A stretch of 64,000 nt of DNA. Origin: the human T2T-CHM13v2.0 reference genome, Homo sapiens. Under the pieces are notes generated by a model. It saw only the letters and a list, made by a program, of their open reading frames with translations, ran no database searches and was not told the origin of the DNA. Position 1 is the stretch's first letter; each line of letters opens with the position of its first letter. The stretch is taken from NCBI RefSeq assembly GCF_009914755.1, contig NC_060941.1, one strand, 5' to 3'. Shown here piece by piece: positions 1-16,239 of the stretch. The translations under genes and the position numbers were made by a program.

Positions 1-59
1 GAACTGTGCAAAGAAATAGTGCCCTGGTGGCTGAGGTGTCCTGTACCATCAGGACTAGC

Positions 60-250
60 ATGGTGATGGTTCAAATTCCAGCGCTGACGTTTGCAAGCGG
101 TGTGCACTTGGGGAAGTCCCTTCTCTCTGAAACTGGTTATCATCTCCGACATGGGCCTAGTACCGCATAGAGTTACTACAGCCTTAGATGAGATGATGCC
201 TGCAGAGCTCAGCACAGAGCAGGCTTATTGAAACCCTCAACAGCTGGCTG
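60..250 (+). mobile_element. MIR SINE relic
   Basis: Degenerate MIR core: ggttcaaattccagc...cttggggaagtcccttctctctg...agatgagatgatgcctgcagagctcagcacag. Confidence 0.6.
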
Positions 251-653
251 AGCGGTGTGTTTGAGGAAGTTGTAATAAAGTAGAAAATCTGGTGTTTCTC
301 CTTCATGTCTATCCTGCCTCAGTTTCTCTTGGTGACCTCCTTTGAATGTACTGATGGCTGCCTCGGTGGCCAATCTTATCTTGGGGCCTTACCCCACTCT
401 GTATCTTGGTTCCACCAGTTTGAAGAATACTTGGCTGGGAAAAATAGTTTTCTGATCATTAGACTAAAGGTCCAGGGCACTAGGGAAGTCTGCTGTGTGG
501 CTCTTTTGGGGGTTGGGGGCTGAGGGTGGAGAGGGTGCTGGCAGAGGAGAGGAAAGGAGACATCTGAGTCTGGGGGAGCTTCTTGGAAAATGTGAGCTCT
601 GAGCCTCCGTTAGAATTCCCAAGGTCTATCCACAAGGATACCCCCATGTCAAC

Positions 654-1275
654 TTTTTTTTTCTTTTTAATTTTACTTTAAGTTCTGGGATACACGTGCA
701 GAATGTGCAGGTTTGTTACGTAGGTATACATGTGCCATAGTGGTTTGCTGCACCTGTCAACCCATCATCTAGGTTTTAAGCCCCGCATGCATTAGGTGTT
801 TGTCCTAATGCTCTCCCTCCCCTTGCCCCCCACCCACTGGCAGGCCCTGGTGTGTGTTGTTCCCCTCCCTGTGTCCATGTGTTCTCATTGTTCAACTCTC
901 ACTTATGAGTGAGAACATGCAGTGTTTGGTTTTCTGTTCCTGTGTTAGTTTGCTGAGAATGATGGCTTCCAGCTTCATCCATGTCCCTGCAAAGGACATA
1001 AACCAATTATTTTTTATGGCTGCATAGTATTCCATGGTGTATATGTGCCACATTTTCTTCATCCAGTCTATCATTGATGGGCATTTGATTTGGTTCCAAG
1101 TCTTTGCTATTGTAAATAGTGCTGCAATAAACATACATGTGCATGTGTCTTTATAGTAGAATCATTTATAATCCCTTGTGTATATACCCAGTAATGGGAT
1201 TGCTGAGTCAAATGGTATTTCTGGCTCTAAATCCTTGAGGAATCGCCATACTGTCTTCCACAATAATTGAACTAA
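654..1275 (-). mobile_element. 5'-truncated L1PA (L1PA7/8-like): 3' UTR plus ORF2 C-terminus
   Basis: Poly-T then ttttactttaagttctgggatac...; ORF 892-1134 gives the L1 ORF2 C-terminal peptide [15 protein letters not shown]...EYYAAIK. Confidence 0.95.
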
Positions 1276-1563
1276 CTATTAATGAAAGGTCTGAATGAAG
1301 GTGGTAGCAAGAAAAACCTTGGTGCACAGGGTTTCACCATTTCTCTGACACCCTTCTCTCCACTCCAGGCTCTGATTTGATCCTCATAATAGGCCTGTGA
1401 GGTGAGTGTGAAGGAAAGTGGAGGAATTTGTTGTTCAAATAAGTGGAAGTAGCTTCTGTCCCTACGGATGTCTTATGGTTCAACCCTGCATCTGTCTATC
1501 AGCCACACAGCATCTTTCCAATAGATTCCTTTTTGGCTTAAGTTAGAGTAGCTTCTATGGCTT

Positions 1564-1564
<1 letters not shown>

Positions 1565-1607
<43 letters not shown>
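1565..1607. repeat. (CA)n microsatellite, about 21 units
   Basis: Directly visible. Confidence 0.99.
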
Positions 1608-1610
<3 letters not shown>

Positions 1611-1914
1611 GTTAACTGACAACCAGTAATGGAAAATCATGTGACTATAGTAAAAGAATCTTACTCCACTTGTAGCCACAGGGTTGAGATTGCAAAAACC
1701 AAACTCAGGGATGGATGTTGCTGTTGCTGCATTATCGTGTCTCACCAGCCTTCACGTGAAGGAAAGGATTTCAGATGGTATCCACTAACAGGAGGAGCAA
1801 ATCTTGGAGCATCTGGAGACATCATCACACCCACATTGACTGCCCTGTCTTGACCTGTTCATTGGTGTTTACTACCAGCTTTGAATAGACCCCAGAGCAT
1901 GAAGAAGTTCTTGC

Positions 1915-2445
1915 TTTAGTTTTCTGTAGTTGCTGTATTGGATTACCGTAAACTCATTGGCTTAAAGCAACACATATTTGTTATCACACAGTTCTGTAGG
2001 TCAGAAGTCTAATCTAAGCCTCAAGGGGCTAAAATAAAGGTCTTGGCAGAGCCCTGTTCCTTTCTGAAGGCTCTAGGTGAGAATCTGTTTTCTCGCCCTT
2101 TTTCCAGTCCTGGAAACTTCTCATATTCCTTGGCTTGTAGCTCCCTTCCATCTTCAAAGCCAGCAATAACCAGTTCAATCTTGATCACATGACATCACAT
2201 CACATCCCATCACCCTGTCTCTTCTCTTTTGCCTTCCTTTTCCCTATGTAAGGACCCTTGTGATTATATTGGGCTCAATTGGATGATCTTCCTATTTTAA
2301 GGTCGGCTGATTAGCAACCTTAATTCCATCTGCTTCCTTAATTCCCCTTTGGCATGTAACTAACTTATTCACAGGTTCTGGGGATTAGAATGTGGCCATC
2401 TTAGGGATGGGGTCGGGACAGAGAGGCATTAATCTCCCTAACAGT
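1915..2445 (-). mobile_element. MLT1 (MLT1C/D-like) MaLR solo LTR
   Basis: ggcttaaagcaacac...cagttctgtaggtcagaagtc...ccatcttcaaagccagcaa...aaggacccttgtgatta...aaggtcggctgattagcaacctt. Confidence 0.85.
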
Positions 2446-2879
2446 TTTCCAGCTCTTCCAGGCTGCAGTTAAATTATTAAATACTTTGTCATTTGGCCTT
2501 TTGGGATACTCTATGGTGCCTTGGATGAGCCCTGATTGGAAAAATCACAGTGGAGCTCCTTAAATGTTGGAGCATTAGCAAGTAATTAAACTTCTTTTGT
2601 GAAATGCATGCTGAATGTCTAGTCAGGGAAGATAGACAACCATGCAATCTGAGCTGTTCAGGGGTTATTGATTGATTTAGCCATGAAGTTAGGTTTTCCC
2701 AACAACACTCCATCAAAGAAAAGTGCTGTATATGGAAACAAAACTTCTCAAATACGTCTTGGATAAGGTATCCATGAAGGCCTGCATAGAGCCTGTGAAT
2801 GGGTTCAACAATGTGGGTCAAGTTTGTTCTGGAAATCGTTGCTATTGATTCTGATTTGCCAGCAGTAGCAGCTAACTTG

Positions 2880-3395
2880 ATGCTTCTGGTTCTAAAGAAC
2901 TCTGAAAGGTCTGGGATCTTACTTTGCAAGCTAATTATTTAGTTTGTTACAGTTTCATGAATGCTGGCAGAAGACACGAGACTCCTGGATCAGAGAAAAA
3001 AGACTATTACTCACAGCAGGCACAGCACACAGCATGAGCTTCATGTTTGCATCAGCTGTCCTTATCCCCAAGTTCCGTGAGGTGATGCAAAATGGCCCAG
3101 GTGGATGCTGCATAGGCAGTAGGTTTGTGTCTCAGCGAAGGAACCCAAGCTTAGGAAGCTCCAACGTTTTATAGTGAGCTGCAGGCAAACCTTCTTCATC
3201 CTTTGCCTCAGAGGGAAACATTCTTTTTATTAGTCTGGACAGCAATCAAATCTTCCCTCTTCCCTGGAGGGAGATGGTATATCTTCTAAGGCTGTTTGCT
3301 ACACAAGCATCCTTGAAAAGATAGTGTGGTACAAAAGCTGTCAATGTCTCTGCTCAGAAGGCCTGCAGAATTGTGGGAGACCCACGGAAAATGTC
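2880..3395 (-). mobile_element. Old ERV/ERVL-type LTR, family not assigned
   Basis: gctggcagaagacacgagactcctggatcagag...gactattactcacagca resembles the antisense poly(A)-signal region of old LTRs; ttttatag may be a reverse TATA. Confidence 0.5.
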
Positions 3396-3770
3396 TGGTA
3401 TGGTAATAATAATGGTATATAATGCCTTCAAAGTCCACCAGTGCCTGGCCCTATTCATTCAACTCATTTAATCCTTAGTTGATTCTATTATCCCATTTAA
3501 AAGATGAAAGAAAATGGAAGGCACAGATAAGTGGATCTACAGAAGGCAGATCTGGGAGTAGAGTAGAGCCCAGACTTTGGGCTCTATACCATATTCTGAG
3601 GGGACCAGCCAGCCATGTGGTGGCAGCCTGATTACCTAGTGGGCAGTTTTCATTATGGAAGTGGCTACAATGGGAACTCCCCGGAATACACACCAATTTG
3701 CAATTTGGGCTTGTTTTTCTCTGCCTGCATGCCTTGGCCATAACCACCACTTATGAATTTAGCGAATGGC

Positions 3771-4077
<307 letters not shown>

Positions 4078-4978
4078 TAGCATCGTGTAAAGATCACCTT
4101 CCATTTAAGGAGTTATATTACAACAAAAGACGGGGGTCCATGGACTGAGGCCTATGAATCTCACTGGTACCCCATTTTCAACAAGAAGCTGCCTCTAAAA
4201 AGATTTGAATGGTCTATTGAAAAATCAGCTAGAATAACAGTCGCAGCTGGAGACGATAGCTCATAACTTTGGGATGCTGTCTTGCAGGGTGTGAAATATA
4301 TTCTGAACCCACACCCAATATACAGTGGAGAAGGGGTGTCCCCAAGGGTCCTCTTTCATCATATGCCTTCACTTCCATCATGTATTGATAGGTTTTCGTT
4401 CCTGAGGGAGAAATGCTTCCACCAAGAATCACAATCAAATTCCATCACATTGGAACCCAAGATCGTCCCTTGGTTATCATTAGAGGGGAATTTGGCGTCT
4501 CCTATGTTGATTGTTCTGTGGAAGGAGGGATTTAGGGATTTTGCTCCGCAAATGAAGCTTGAATGGAAACCCCCCTCTTTCTGCCACTATACCCAGGGAT
4601 AAAAGTTAACGGGTGCTGCAGGCAGATCAGCAAAGGAGAAGACATTGAAGGATGCAATATTTGTATTGATTTACCCGGTGAGGATCCCTGGTCAACTAAA
4701 GCACATAAGCGAGGGGAATTAGGAAGGATTAGCATAGGCGAGAAAGTCATAAATATGAGCTTTGTCATGTGACTTAAGGCAGAAATGAAGGCTATGGCCT
4801 TTACTTTATTTTTTATTTGTTTTCTGCTAAAATGTTAAGATGTATCTTTTCTTATTAATATCTGTAAGGTATATAAATGGTTGTTAAACTTCCTATTGTG
4901 TTCAGAGGTGGCAGAGTATCAAAACAGAAGGATTATGATAAAACCTGAAGAAGAAGGGACATTTTCCAGAGATCCTAG

Positions 4979-5299
<321 letters not shown>

Positions 5300-5405
5300 T
5301 AAAGCTGGACACAGCATTGGGTTTTCATCTTTTAAAGGAGGGAGGGAGGTATTGTGTTTTTGGCCAACCACGAAGTGGTTATTTAAATGCAGCTCCTCCA
5401 AGATC

Positions 5406-5805
<400 letters not shown>

Positions 5806-6304
5806 TAAGCCAAAGACAAATGTAGTGAATGTCTGGTTATGGCCCACCCAATATCCTCCTCCCTTCTTCTGCCAACAGCATTTGGGGGAAATTGCCGATC
5901 CCCAACTCTACATTGTCCTGAGGGAGCTGCCAGTCACAGCCCAGGACAGTAACTAACCCTCTTCACCTTCAGGCTCAGTGATCTGAAGACTAAGTCACCA
6001 TTGTCCAGGGCCTGGAGTGGCTGAGAGGTGTGGCTGTGTCCCAGAGGACTGGCTCTCCACTAAGATTAGACTGAATGACCCACTCTGAGGCCAGGGATGC
6101 AGTGGGAACCCGGTGTCTCATTCAGAGGCAGCCAGCTTGGACAAAGCATAATTTATAATGTTCTGCATAAATATTTTATGCAGTTTCTGGTTACCTTCTA
6201 GAAATTAAGAAATCAAACCCTTTCTGAATGAAATAGAAGTCAGCTTTATTCTAAAGATTCATTTTAAATATTGGAAAATTCCCCAAGAAATGCACTTTTG
6301 GCCA

Positions 6305-7540
<1,236 letters not shown>

Positions 7541-10409
7541 AAGAAATGCAGTTTTGTAATTTTCAAAGATCTATGGTACTATGGTCAGAAAGTTTGTAAA
7601 GGGCAGAGGGACTTAAACTAAGGGACAGATTTTCTAGGAAATTGGGATTGGCATGAAGGTTTAAAGTTGATGATGCTGAGTTGGTTTTAAACACCTTATG
7701 AAATCTGTGTATCGGGCTTAAGCTCTGATCCTGCTCAGTGAGGCTGATGTTTGCAGAGAACACTGGGCCGTCTCCTGCTCTGTTTCTGTTCCGAATCACA
7801 CACGCTGAACCTTTTGCCTGCCCACAACAATGCTGGGATCCTTGGACCCACAGGGCTTTCTGCTTTGGGCGAGGCCTTTGGGGAGTGGGCAACACCATTC
7901 TATGTAACAGGGCTGCGTGTTCTAAGCTCCTCCCCTCTAGGGCAGGGTGAGGGTGGACTGTAGGCAATTGGGCCTTTGACCTGGCTGTGCCTGTGTGGGC
8001 ACTGTGGGAAGTGCCTGGGGAGCCACTTTGAGCAGCAGCAACCTGTTTTTCTCCCTTTACAGCATTTCTGGCTTTGTCTCCCACTTCCAGTGTGGGCTAT
8101 TATGGAAGCTGGACTTGAAGGACCAACTTGGCTATCAGCTTGCGGGGTGACCATACCAAGTCCTTTATCCCAGTGGGCCTTGCCTTCTTGTTTATACAAT
8201 GGGTGAGAGCAGTGAATCTAATCTCGTATAAACCAGAGCAGGGGCAGTGCAGATGGTGGGGAGAGGATGAAGAGCGGGAACCAGTGGAAGTAGAATTAAA
8301 TACCATGGATGTGACTCTCATTTCACAAATGCAGGAACAAAACGAATATTACAATTCTTAATTTTATTCTACATCGACCTAAGTCTGAGTCCGTATCTCA
8401 CCAGGAGGGTGGGAGAGTCAGCTTCATTCATCGACAGGCTCCTCATCCTCCCCATTTCTTGGGCTCCGTGAAGATTTCAGGAGTTTAAGGGGTACCCGGA
8501 AAGTAGTCTAGGTGTTTAATTTCTATGCCATTACGGGCATTGTTACAGAATCCTCATTTCCCAGTGTGGTCCCTGGAAGTCCAGCAGCTTTCTGATTCCC
8601 TTGGGGGCTGAGAATTTTTTGCCACGGCTGGGAAATTTTAGCATCCAACTTTGCAAGGACAGCATGCAGGAGGAGGAGCAGGGGAGGAGGAGTCCTCCCC
8701 AGGACACGCCTAGCACATGGGACACAGCTCCCAGCTACTCTAGAATCGCCAAGGTCTTTCCTATTTCCAGTCTGGTAGAAACCAGCCCCAAACCTCTTGT
8801 CACTTCCCGAAGCCATTCTTTCCTTCCCTCTCAGAAATATCAAGCATAACCTCATCAAACAGTTGAGGATTTCACAAAAGTCTGGAAAACCTTTGAGTTC
8901 AGGCAGTTTCTGTATTCTGCCAGGCCAAAAAAAAAAAAAAAAAAAAATTGTCTCTAAGACAGGGAATTGCAGAAGAAAAAAAAAAAAAGAAAGAAAAGAA
9001 AAGGATTATGGGCCTGAAACTGGGATAGAGAGAAATACAGAGAGAATGACACGAATTCATATCTCAGGTAAGTTTTTTCCAGTCTGCGTGAGCTCTTCGC
9101 AGATCATGATGAGCCTAACAAAAAGAGAGAAAGAGTAGTGTAGAAAATATCAGAGCATCTCCCACATGGCAAGTGTGTGGGTTGTTTCATACATTTAGAG
9201 GAGTGTTCTGAGCTGGTCATAGCTGAAGAAGTTTATCCTGCCGGAGATGAAAGGGGTGGGGCAGGCATCTGTATGAAAAACAAAACTCCAGGTGAATCTA
9301 ATGTGCCGCTAAGGCTGCAAACCCCTGGTTTAGACACTGATCAGACGAGAGTGTGTGGGGAACCGAAATGTTGGTATTTTTAGCCTGCCTAGAGCCATTC
9401 AGCAAAAAACAGAGACTATAATGGAGGTGGAGGCAGGTGGTGAGGGCAGATAATGAGTTCGAAGGGGGATATGTGTTTATCAGAGCACAGTGGAAATACG
9501 TGGAAAGCATTGCTGTCCCTCTAAAGATCTGCAAAGCGCAGCTGTGCTGGATGCTGGGTGGGGAAGGAGCCATCAGGGGAAGCTTTGACCTCTAAAGGGA
9601 CAGGAAGAGCAGTCAAGAGAAGCCCCGGGACAGGTCTCTCTCGTGTTTCAGACGCAGGCGAAACAGCTGAATTCAGGGCTTGAATTTCTCTCCTTGGCTT
9701 TGTCAACCTAAATTTCGGACATCTGAAACAGCACTGCCAGCCGTCATCTGCTCCCACCGTTCACCTGGAAGCTTATCTTTGCTCCTGCATTGATTTCTCT
9801 CTGTCAGCTCATCATGAAGACAGATGCTTTGGGGCACTCAACATTGGGTGTTCTTTGCGGAAGATGTTCTGCCTTGCGAGGCCGGACGGCTCCCTGAAGG
9901 GGCTGTATCTGGTTCAGATAAGATAAGAAGCTTCTTGATTCAGCGGAGGAACAGCTGAAATCAACAGCATGTCTTGACTGTGATTAGTGAGAAGGAGTTG
10001 GGGATGGGGGTGGAAGTGATTCACTTGGAAAAGGAACGATTATTTCTGAAGATGAGTTTGAACTTGCTGATGTGTCCACAGCTGGTGGCGTTGAGATACC
10101 AGGGATAGATGGACTCTTTGCTCTTTGCAGAAGCTGAGTTCTTAGGGAGTAGGAAAAGTTCACTTTCTGAAAATAGACCAGCTGTGCTAACAGTGATTGC
10201 TTTATCCATTAGGGTTCTTTCCATTTCCAGTGACAGAAAATCCAGACCAAACATATTCAACAAAGAAGCACAAATGTATCGTCATATAATCGCAGTGTCA
10301 GAGTTAGGCATGGCCATGGGCTGAGCGTGTTGTGGGTGGGTTACGGCTCAGGGCCTCCCCGGCAGTCTTTCGTGACTGAGCTCAAGAAGGCTGCATGGAG
10401 GCTGTGGCT

Positions 10410-10612
10410 GTGAGAAGCACAGACTGAGGATCCCAGTTTCAAATTCTGCCTTTGCCACTCATGAGCTGGCTAACACGGGGGCAGGTCCTTTAGTTGCATT
10501 GACCCTCGGTTGTGTTATCTATAAAATAGGGACAGTGCTGTTGGCAGGATAAATGAGAGATGGCATGGAAAGCCGTCTGCACACAGCTGGAGCTCATGAA
10601 ATGTTAGTAATT
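10410..10612 (+). mobile_element. MIR relic
   Basis: ttcaaattctgcctttgccactcatgagctg...cctcggttgtgttatctataaaataggg...ggataaatgaga. Confidence 0.65.
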
Positions 10613-10659
10613 GTAGAGGATAATGGTTGTTTTCCTCTTCAGCACCCACACACCTCCTT

Positions 10660-11168
10660 CTGCCTGGTCTCCTGGCAACAGTTTCAATTCTGTTTATGGG
10701 TTGCCCCTCCCTCGGTCTCAGTCACATACCAGGATGGAGCATACAACCCAGCCTAATGCTAGTTAGTACGCCGCATTATCTGGGCCTTCGTGATTGGCTC
10801 ATGGATGTCTCCTGACCGAAGCTTGTCCCATCAGAGAGAACATCATGATTTTGCTGTGACTGTCAGGACAAAGATGTGGAAGCATTTCCTCCTGCCCACT
10901 GGATTTGAGCCTAGAAGTATAAGTCCCCAGGAGCTTCTAATGGTCATTTTTCAGCCACAAGGGAAGTGCTCAAGTGAGAAAGAAATCCACACAGAGAGAA
11001 AAATGAAGACATGAAGAGAGAGACAGAGAAGTTGCTGGTGACGTAATTCAAACCCTTGATCAGCCCGTGCCTGATGCTTGCTTCAGACTCTTTGGTTATA
11101 TGGCAATCAATTTTCTTTTTTGTCTTAATGAGTTTATTCTGGATTGTCTGTCACTTGCAACTGAAAAC
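10660..11168 (+). mobile_element. Old MLT1 (K/L-like) LTR
   Basis: cccttgatcagcccgtgcctgatgc...cagactctttggttatatggcaatcaattttc...ctgtcacttgcaactgaaa, a typical MLT1 3' end. Confidence 0.65.
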
Positions 11169-12162
11169 AATAAACTTGATTTGAGATATATTTACTGGAA
11201 GCATAAAAGAGATTCTTCAAAAAGCCCAAGGCTCTTTTCCTCATTCCTGTTTGGCAGCTAAGAAATTAGGTCCCAATTGTTGCATGTGACTAATTCCTCC
11301 CTTCTGTGCATGAGGCTTCTTGTACCTTGTGTGGGTTTGCTGAAAGTAAAAGAAACTGTTCCAACCACCTGTCACTTCAAAAGAGATTAACTACCTTTGC
11401 CTAAAAGAACCTCTGCTACCACGGGAAAATTATACTTATGAGCCATACGGAGGGTCCCAGCTGCTCGGCTGCCATCCCAGGTCACCCTTTCATCACATCC
11501 CTGGAATGAACAAGGTTCTCTTTGTGGCCATTGCTGCCCAGGCATCCTGGATCCCTCCAAAGCGCAGGCAGGAAAGAGGCTCAGAGGCTGCGAGGTACTG
11601 GCCTTGGTCCTTAGTGTTGCGTCTGACTCGGTCTCATTGTGGCTTGGTTTGATGGTTTCTGAGTACAGGAGGCTGACATTCAAGATGATCCCTTGCTACT
11701 CGGCCATTGTTCAGTCTAAAGAAGATACCCCTTTGCTCCTCCAAAATGGAGAGGGAGGCTGTGCCCCCAGCCACCTGCTGGACTGCAAACATACAAGAAA
11801 GATTGGGCTTGATTGCCACCCAAGTTGCACGTCTGACTGGCGTCACAAATGGAATGGAAATGAGGACACTACTCGGGAGTGGACATAAGCAAGGACAGTC
11901 CATGGGCGTTTGGGGTAACAGCAGTCTCTTCCCTCTTGTCTCTGAGAAACTGCCCTTTATGTTGTTAGGGCTGAGAAGCAGAGCTGTTGTTCTGTCTGCA
12001 GAAACCCACTGCTTAAGGCCAAAGGAAGGATGGAAGTGCTCTGCTGGCCATTCTGAAGGCTAGGGCCAGGTGTGTGTGTGAGCAGGTATGTGGGATGTTC
12101 ACAGTGTGCACTGGGAAAGGCTTTTGGGATTGCTACTCTATCTTATTAGAAATCACTATGTG

Positions 12163-12485
<323 letters not shown>

Positions 12486-12768
12486 TTATATCAAAACATA
12501 TGGGTTCATGTCCTTATTTTGGGGGTGCTAAAAACAAAGATAACTTAGGCATGTGAGAGTTATGTGCTGGCTTTCTACACATTTTCCCCTCACTGCTATT
12601 CAAACTATTGTGGGTCTCAGTGGGTCCATATTTCCATAGCACAGCCAGGTCTCTGCAGGTCAGGAAACATGCAGGCCTTAGCCTCCCAAATAGATGATTT
12701 ATTCCATAATTTGCATAACAGGGATAATATTCTTTATTATTAAGTATTGTATTTTTGTCCTTAGTAAT

Positions 12769-13124
12769 TGATACGGTTTGGCTATGTCCCCACCCAAATC
12801 TCATTTTGAATTCCCACATGTTATGAGAGGGACCCAGTGGGAGGTAATTGAATCATGGGGGCAAGCATGGAAATGCTGTTCCCATGATAGTGAATAAGTC
12901 TCACAAGATCTGATGGTTTTAAAAAGAGGAGTTCCCCTGCACAAGCTGTCTCTCTTTGTCTGCTGCCATCCGTGTAAGACATGACTTGCTCCTCCTTGCC
13001 TTCCACCATGATTGTGAGGCTACCCCAGCCACATGAAACTGTAAATCCAGTTAAACCTCTTTCTTTGGTAAATTACTCAGTCTCGGGTAAGTCTTTATCA
13101 GCAGCATGAAAACGAACTAATACA
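12769..13124 (+). mobile_element. THE1 (THE1B-like) solo LTR
   Basis: TG...CA termini (tgatacggtttggct...actaataca) with perfect 5-bp TSD gtaat at 12764-12768 and 13125-13129. Confidence 0.95.
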
Positions 13125-13139
13125 GTAATTCCTAGTTTG

Positions 13140-14130
13140 AGTTGTCTCAGAGTTTGTGTATTAAGAGAGCCAGGCCTGGTGAGTCAGCTCATAGAGTTTC
13201 TTTGGTAGTATGGAAGGGATTCCTCTTCTTCAATCAGGCTACTGCCTAGGAAGAAGAGGATTTGATGGAAGGGAAGCCTTTGCCCATGAGAAAAGAAGCT
13301 GAAACTCATCCCTTCCATCCTGGAGAAGGGTGGAGAGGAGAAGGATGGAGGGGGAGCAAGGAGATCAAATGCCAGAGTCTTTGTGCCCTTTCAGGCACAT
13401 GCACCTAACCTGGCAATGCTGAAGAAAGATTCATAGAGATCAGAGAGCTTAAAAAGATGAAGTGGGGGGACTATTCCCCTGGGCACAGTCAGAGGGGTGA
13501 TCTAGTTCTGAAGGCATAGCCCAGTCTCTGGCTCAGAGATAGGCCACTGTAGACTAGGAAGGAGGGTACAGCTTTGGCTGTGAGTGAGCCCTGATAGAAG
13601 AGCCTGGGGAGGTGCCCTGGGCCCCCATGGCCTGTGAGTGCTGTGTGTGCTGTGCAGGGAGCCAGAAGCTCAGGAGATACAGAGGACACTTCAATGCATG
13701 GCATGAGGATGAAGCCCCAGAGTGTGCATGGCTTGAACCCTGGACTCCAAGGAAGTGTCAACATGACCCCCTGTCCCTCCAGTGGATGAGACAGTGTGGC
13801 TGGCCACTCTGTGACAGAGATCAAGACCAGAAGCCCCCTTATTTTCTCAGCCACAAGGGCACAAGAGCCCCCAGACACTCAGGCACCATCTCAGAGAGAA
13901 ACAGAGGTAGAGGGAAGAAATCTGAGAGACAAAGATTGTATCTGAAAGGGACTGAGTTATTCAGAAGAGACCATCAAGCTGTCAGAAACCAAGATACTAT
14001 TGATTGGAAAGTTTAAGGTTTGTCCATTCCGTTCCCCCTACACCTTCTGCCCTTTGTTAGCTGGAGGGATGGAGGATGGTGAGGAAGATTAGATCAGTTG
14101 TAGAGAAAGAAATAAAGCTGCATTTTTCAT
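13140..14130 (+). mobile_element. Possible ancient LTR (LTR78/79-like)
   Basis: Purine-rich body with ggactgagttattcagaagagac, ending aaataaagctgcatttt; family is a guess. Confidence 0.35.
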
Positions 14131-14650
14131 GGCAATTCCCTTTGAATATTCCCCTTTAAAAGCGTACTCCATGGTGCAAATGCCAGATGCTAAGTTATGT
14201 CAATCCAGAGATCATATTATTAGGATTTAAGTAATGTTAGTGTTTCTCAGTCATTCAGAAGGGCTGGAGCCAAGACATCAGGTGTGTCCACATTCCTGTC
14301 CTAGCACTCAGAGGTATGCTCCCAAGAGGTCACAAGAAGATAAAACCACTAGATAAAACCCCAAATAGATGCTCTTCATATCTACTTATGGGATATTGGT
14401 TGTTACGGTGGTTGCCAAGAGATTAAACTGGAATGAAACTGTAAGAGAACTTACCTACAAAACTCTTTCAAAATTTATTCCTTTTGAAATGCTGGTCTTG
14501 AATCATCATGTTACTTCCTTCCATGATAGCAGTGGTCACTCTGAAGTCAACACAGGCACAGAGACCTCTGTTTTTACAACATTTTCTCAGAATTCCAGGC
14601 AACCATAGTCAGCCTGGAGGCCAATGGGGGACCCTGGTAATGATGACACC

Positions 14651-14945
<295 letters not shown>

Positions 14946-15094
14946 ACGACGACACTTTTGATTTCCAGTTCATACTTCCAAAGCTGCATTCGTTCTTTTT
15001 GCATCAAACTAGGTGCCAGTGGTTAGCTGCACTTGACAATTATTACTGTGGTTATAAATGGACAGGTGTTTTGACCATCAGCAATACCTGGCAG

Positions 15095-15245
15095 GTCAGG
15101 GGGATACTTTATTAGTATTTTGTCTCACATAATCCTTACATCAACTCTGGGATATGCGTTCCACTATCCTTATTTCACAGTTTAGAAAACTGAAGCTTAA
15201 ACTTATTTAATTTATGTGTGATGGAGGCTGGATTTGAACCCAGAT
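15095..15245 (-). mobile_element. MIR relic
   Basis: aatccttacatcaactctg...tatccttatttcacagtttagaaaactgaagctt...ggctggatttgaacccag. Confidence 0.7.
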
Positions 15246-15780
15246 GTATTAGTTATCTGTTGCCCAAAACTTAGCAGCTTAAGACAATAAACATGTTATC
15301 CTGTAGTTTCTGTGGGCCAGGAACTCAGGAATGGTGTAGGTTGGTTGTGGCTGAGGGTCTTTCATGAGGTTTCAATCAAGAGGTTGGTTGGGGCTGCAGT
15401 TATCCGAAGACTTGACTGGGGCTATAGGATCTGCTTCCCAGATGGCTCACTCACATGGCTATTGACTGTAAGCCTTAGTTCCCCACTGGCTGTTGGAAGG
15501 AGGGCTTCAGTTCCTTATCATAGGGTTGCTTGAGTGTCCTTGCGACATGGGAGCTGGCTTCCTTTAGAGTGAGTAATATAAGAGAGATAGCAAAGAAGAA
15601 GCTATTATGTCACTTATGACTTTGTTTGGAAAGTTATACACCAGCAGTTCTGCCATATTGTATTCATTCATTCATTCATTCATAGGTATCCAGCCGACAT
15701 TCAAGGGGAAGGGATTTAGGCTGCTTTTTGAAGGGAGAAGTGTTGAAAAAATTGATGGACCTATTTTAAAAACAGCACAC
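15246..15780 (-). mobile_element. MLT1 (F/G-like) LTR
   Basis: tgtattagttatctgttgcccaaaacttagcagcttaagacaataaaca...ggatctgcttcccagatggctcactcacatggct. Confidence 0.85.
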
Positions 15781-16239
15781 AGATTGTCTGACTCCAGAAT
15801 CTGCATTCTTTTCAAAGATGCTATACTTTTACTCACAGGTAGACATGCAAACTGTCCACTGCCCTTTCCTATACACATCCTACTCTATACCCCACCCCTC
15901 AAGAAGTCTTTCTTCCCCTCCTGGGGTTGATGAGTCTCTGTGAAGACTGAGTCCCATTGCCTTATCCTCATTAGCATCACCCTTTACTGCTCTGGGTGCT
16001 AATGCCATGCCTTCGATTTTACCAAAGATCACAGAAGTGTGAAATATACTTCTGCATGTATTGTCAAACTGTCATAAAACCCTTAGCTTTATTTGTACTA
16101 CAGTGATCTAGTGAGCTGATCCTACTTTTTACATCTATAGCAGAAACGGTACAGGAGCTCACTCTGATCTCTCTGACCTTATGATGTTCCAAATAAAGGT
16201 ACAGAGTCTACAAGAAACCCCTGAAATATTTCCTGAATC

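Noticed and set aside
2489-2929. 146-aa minus-strand ORF
   Set aside because: Non-ATG start, no recognisable domain, overlaps an LTR edge; consistent with a chance frame
7563-8084. 173-aa ORF, the longest in the track
   Set aside because: Non-ATG start, no recognisable protein family, several overlapping ORFs of similar quality
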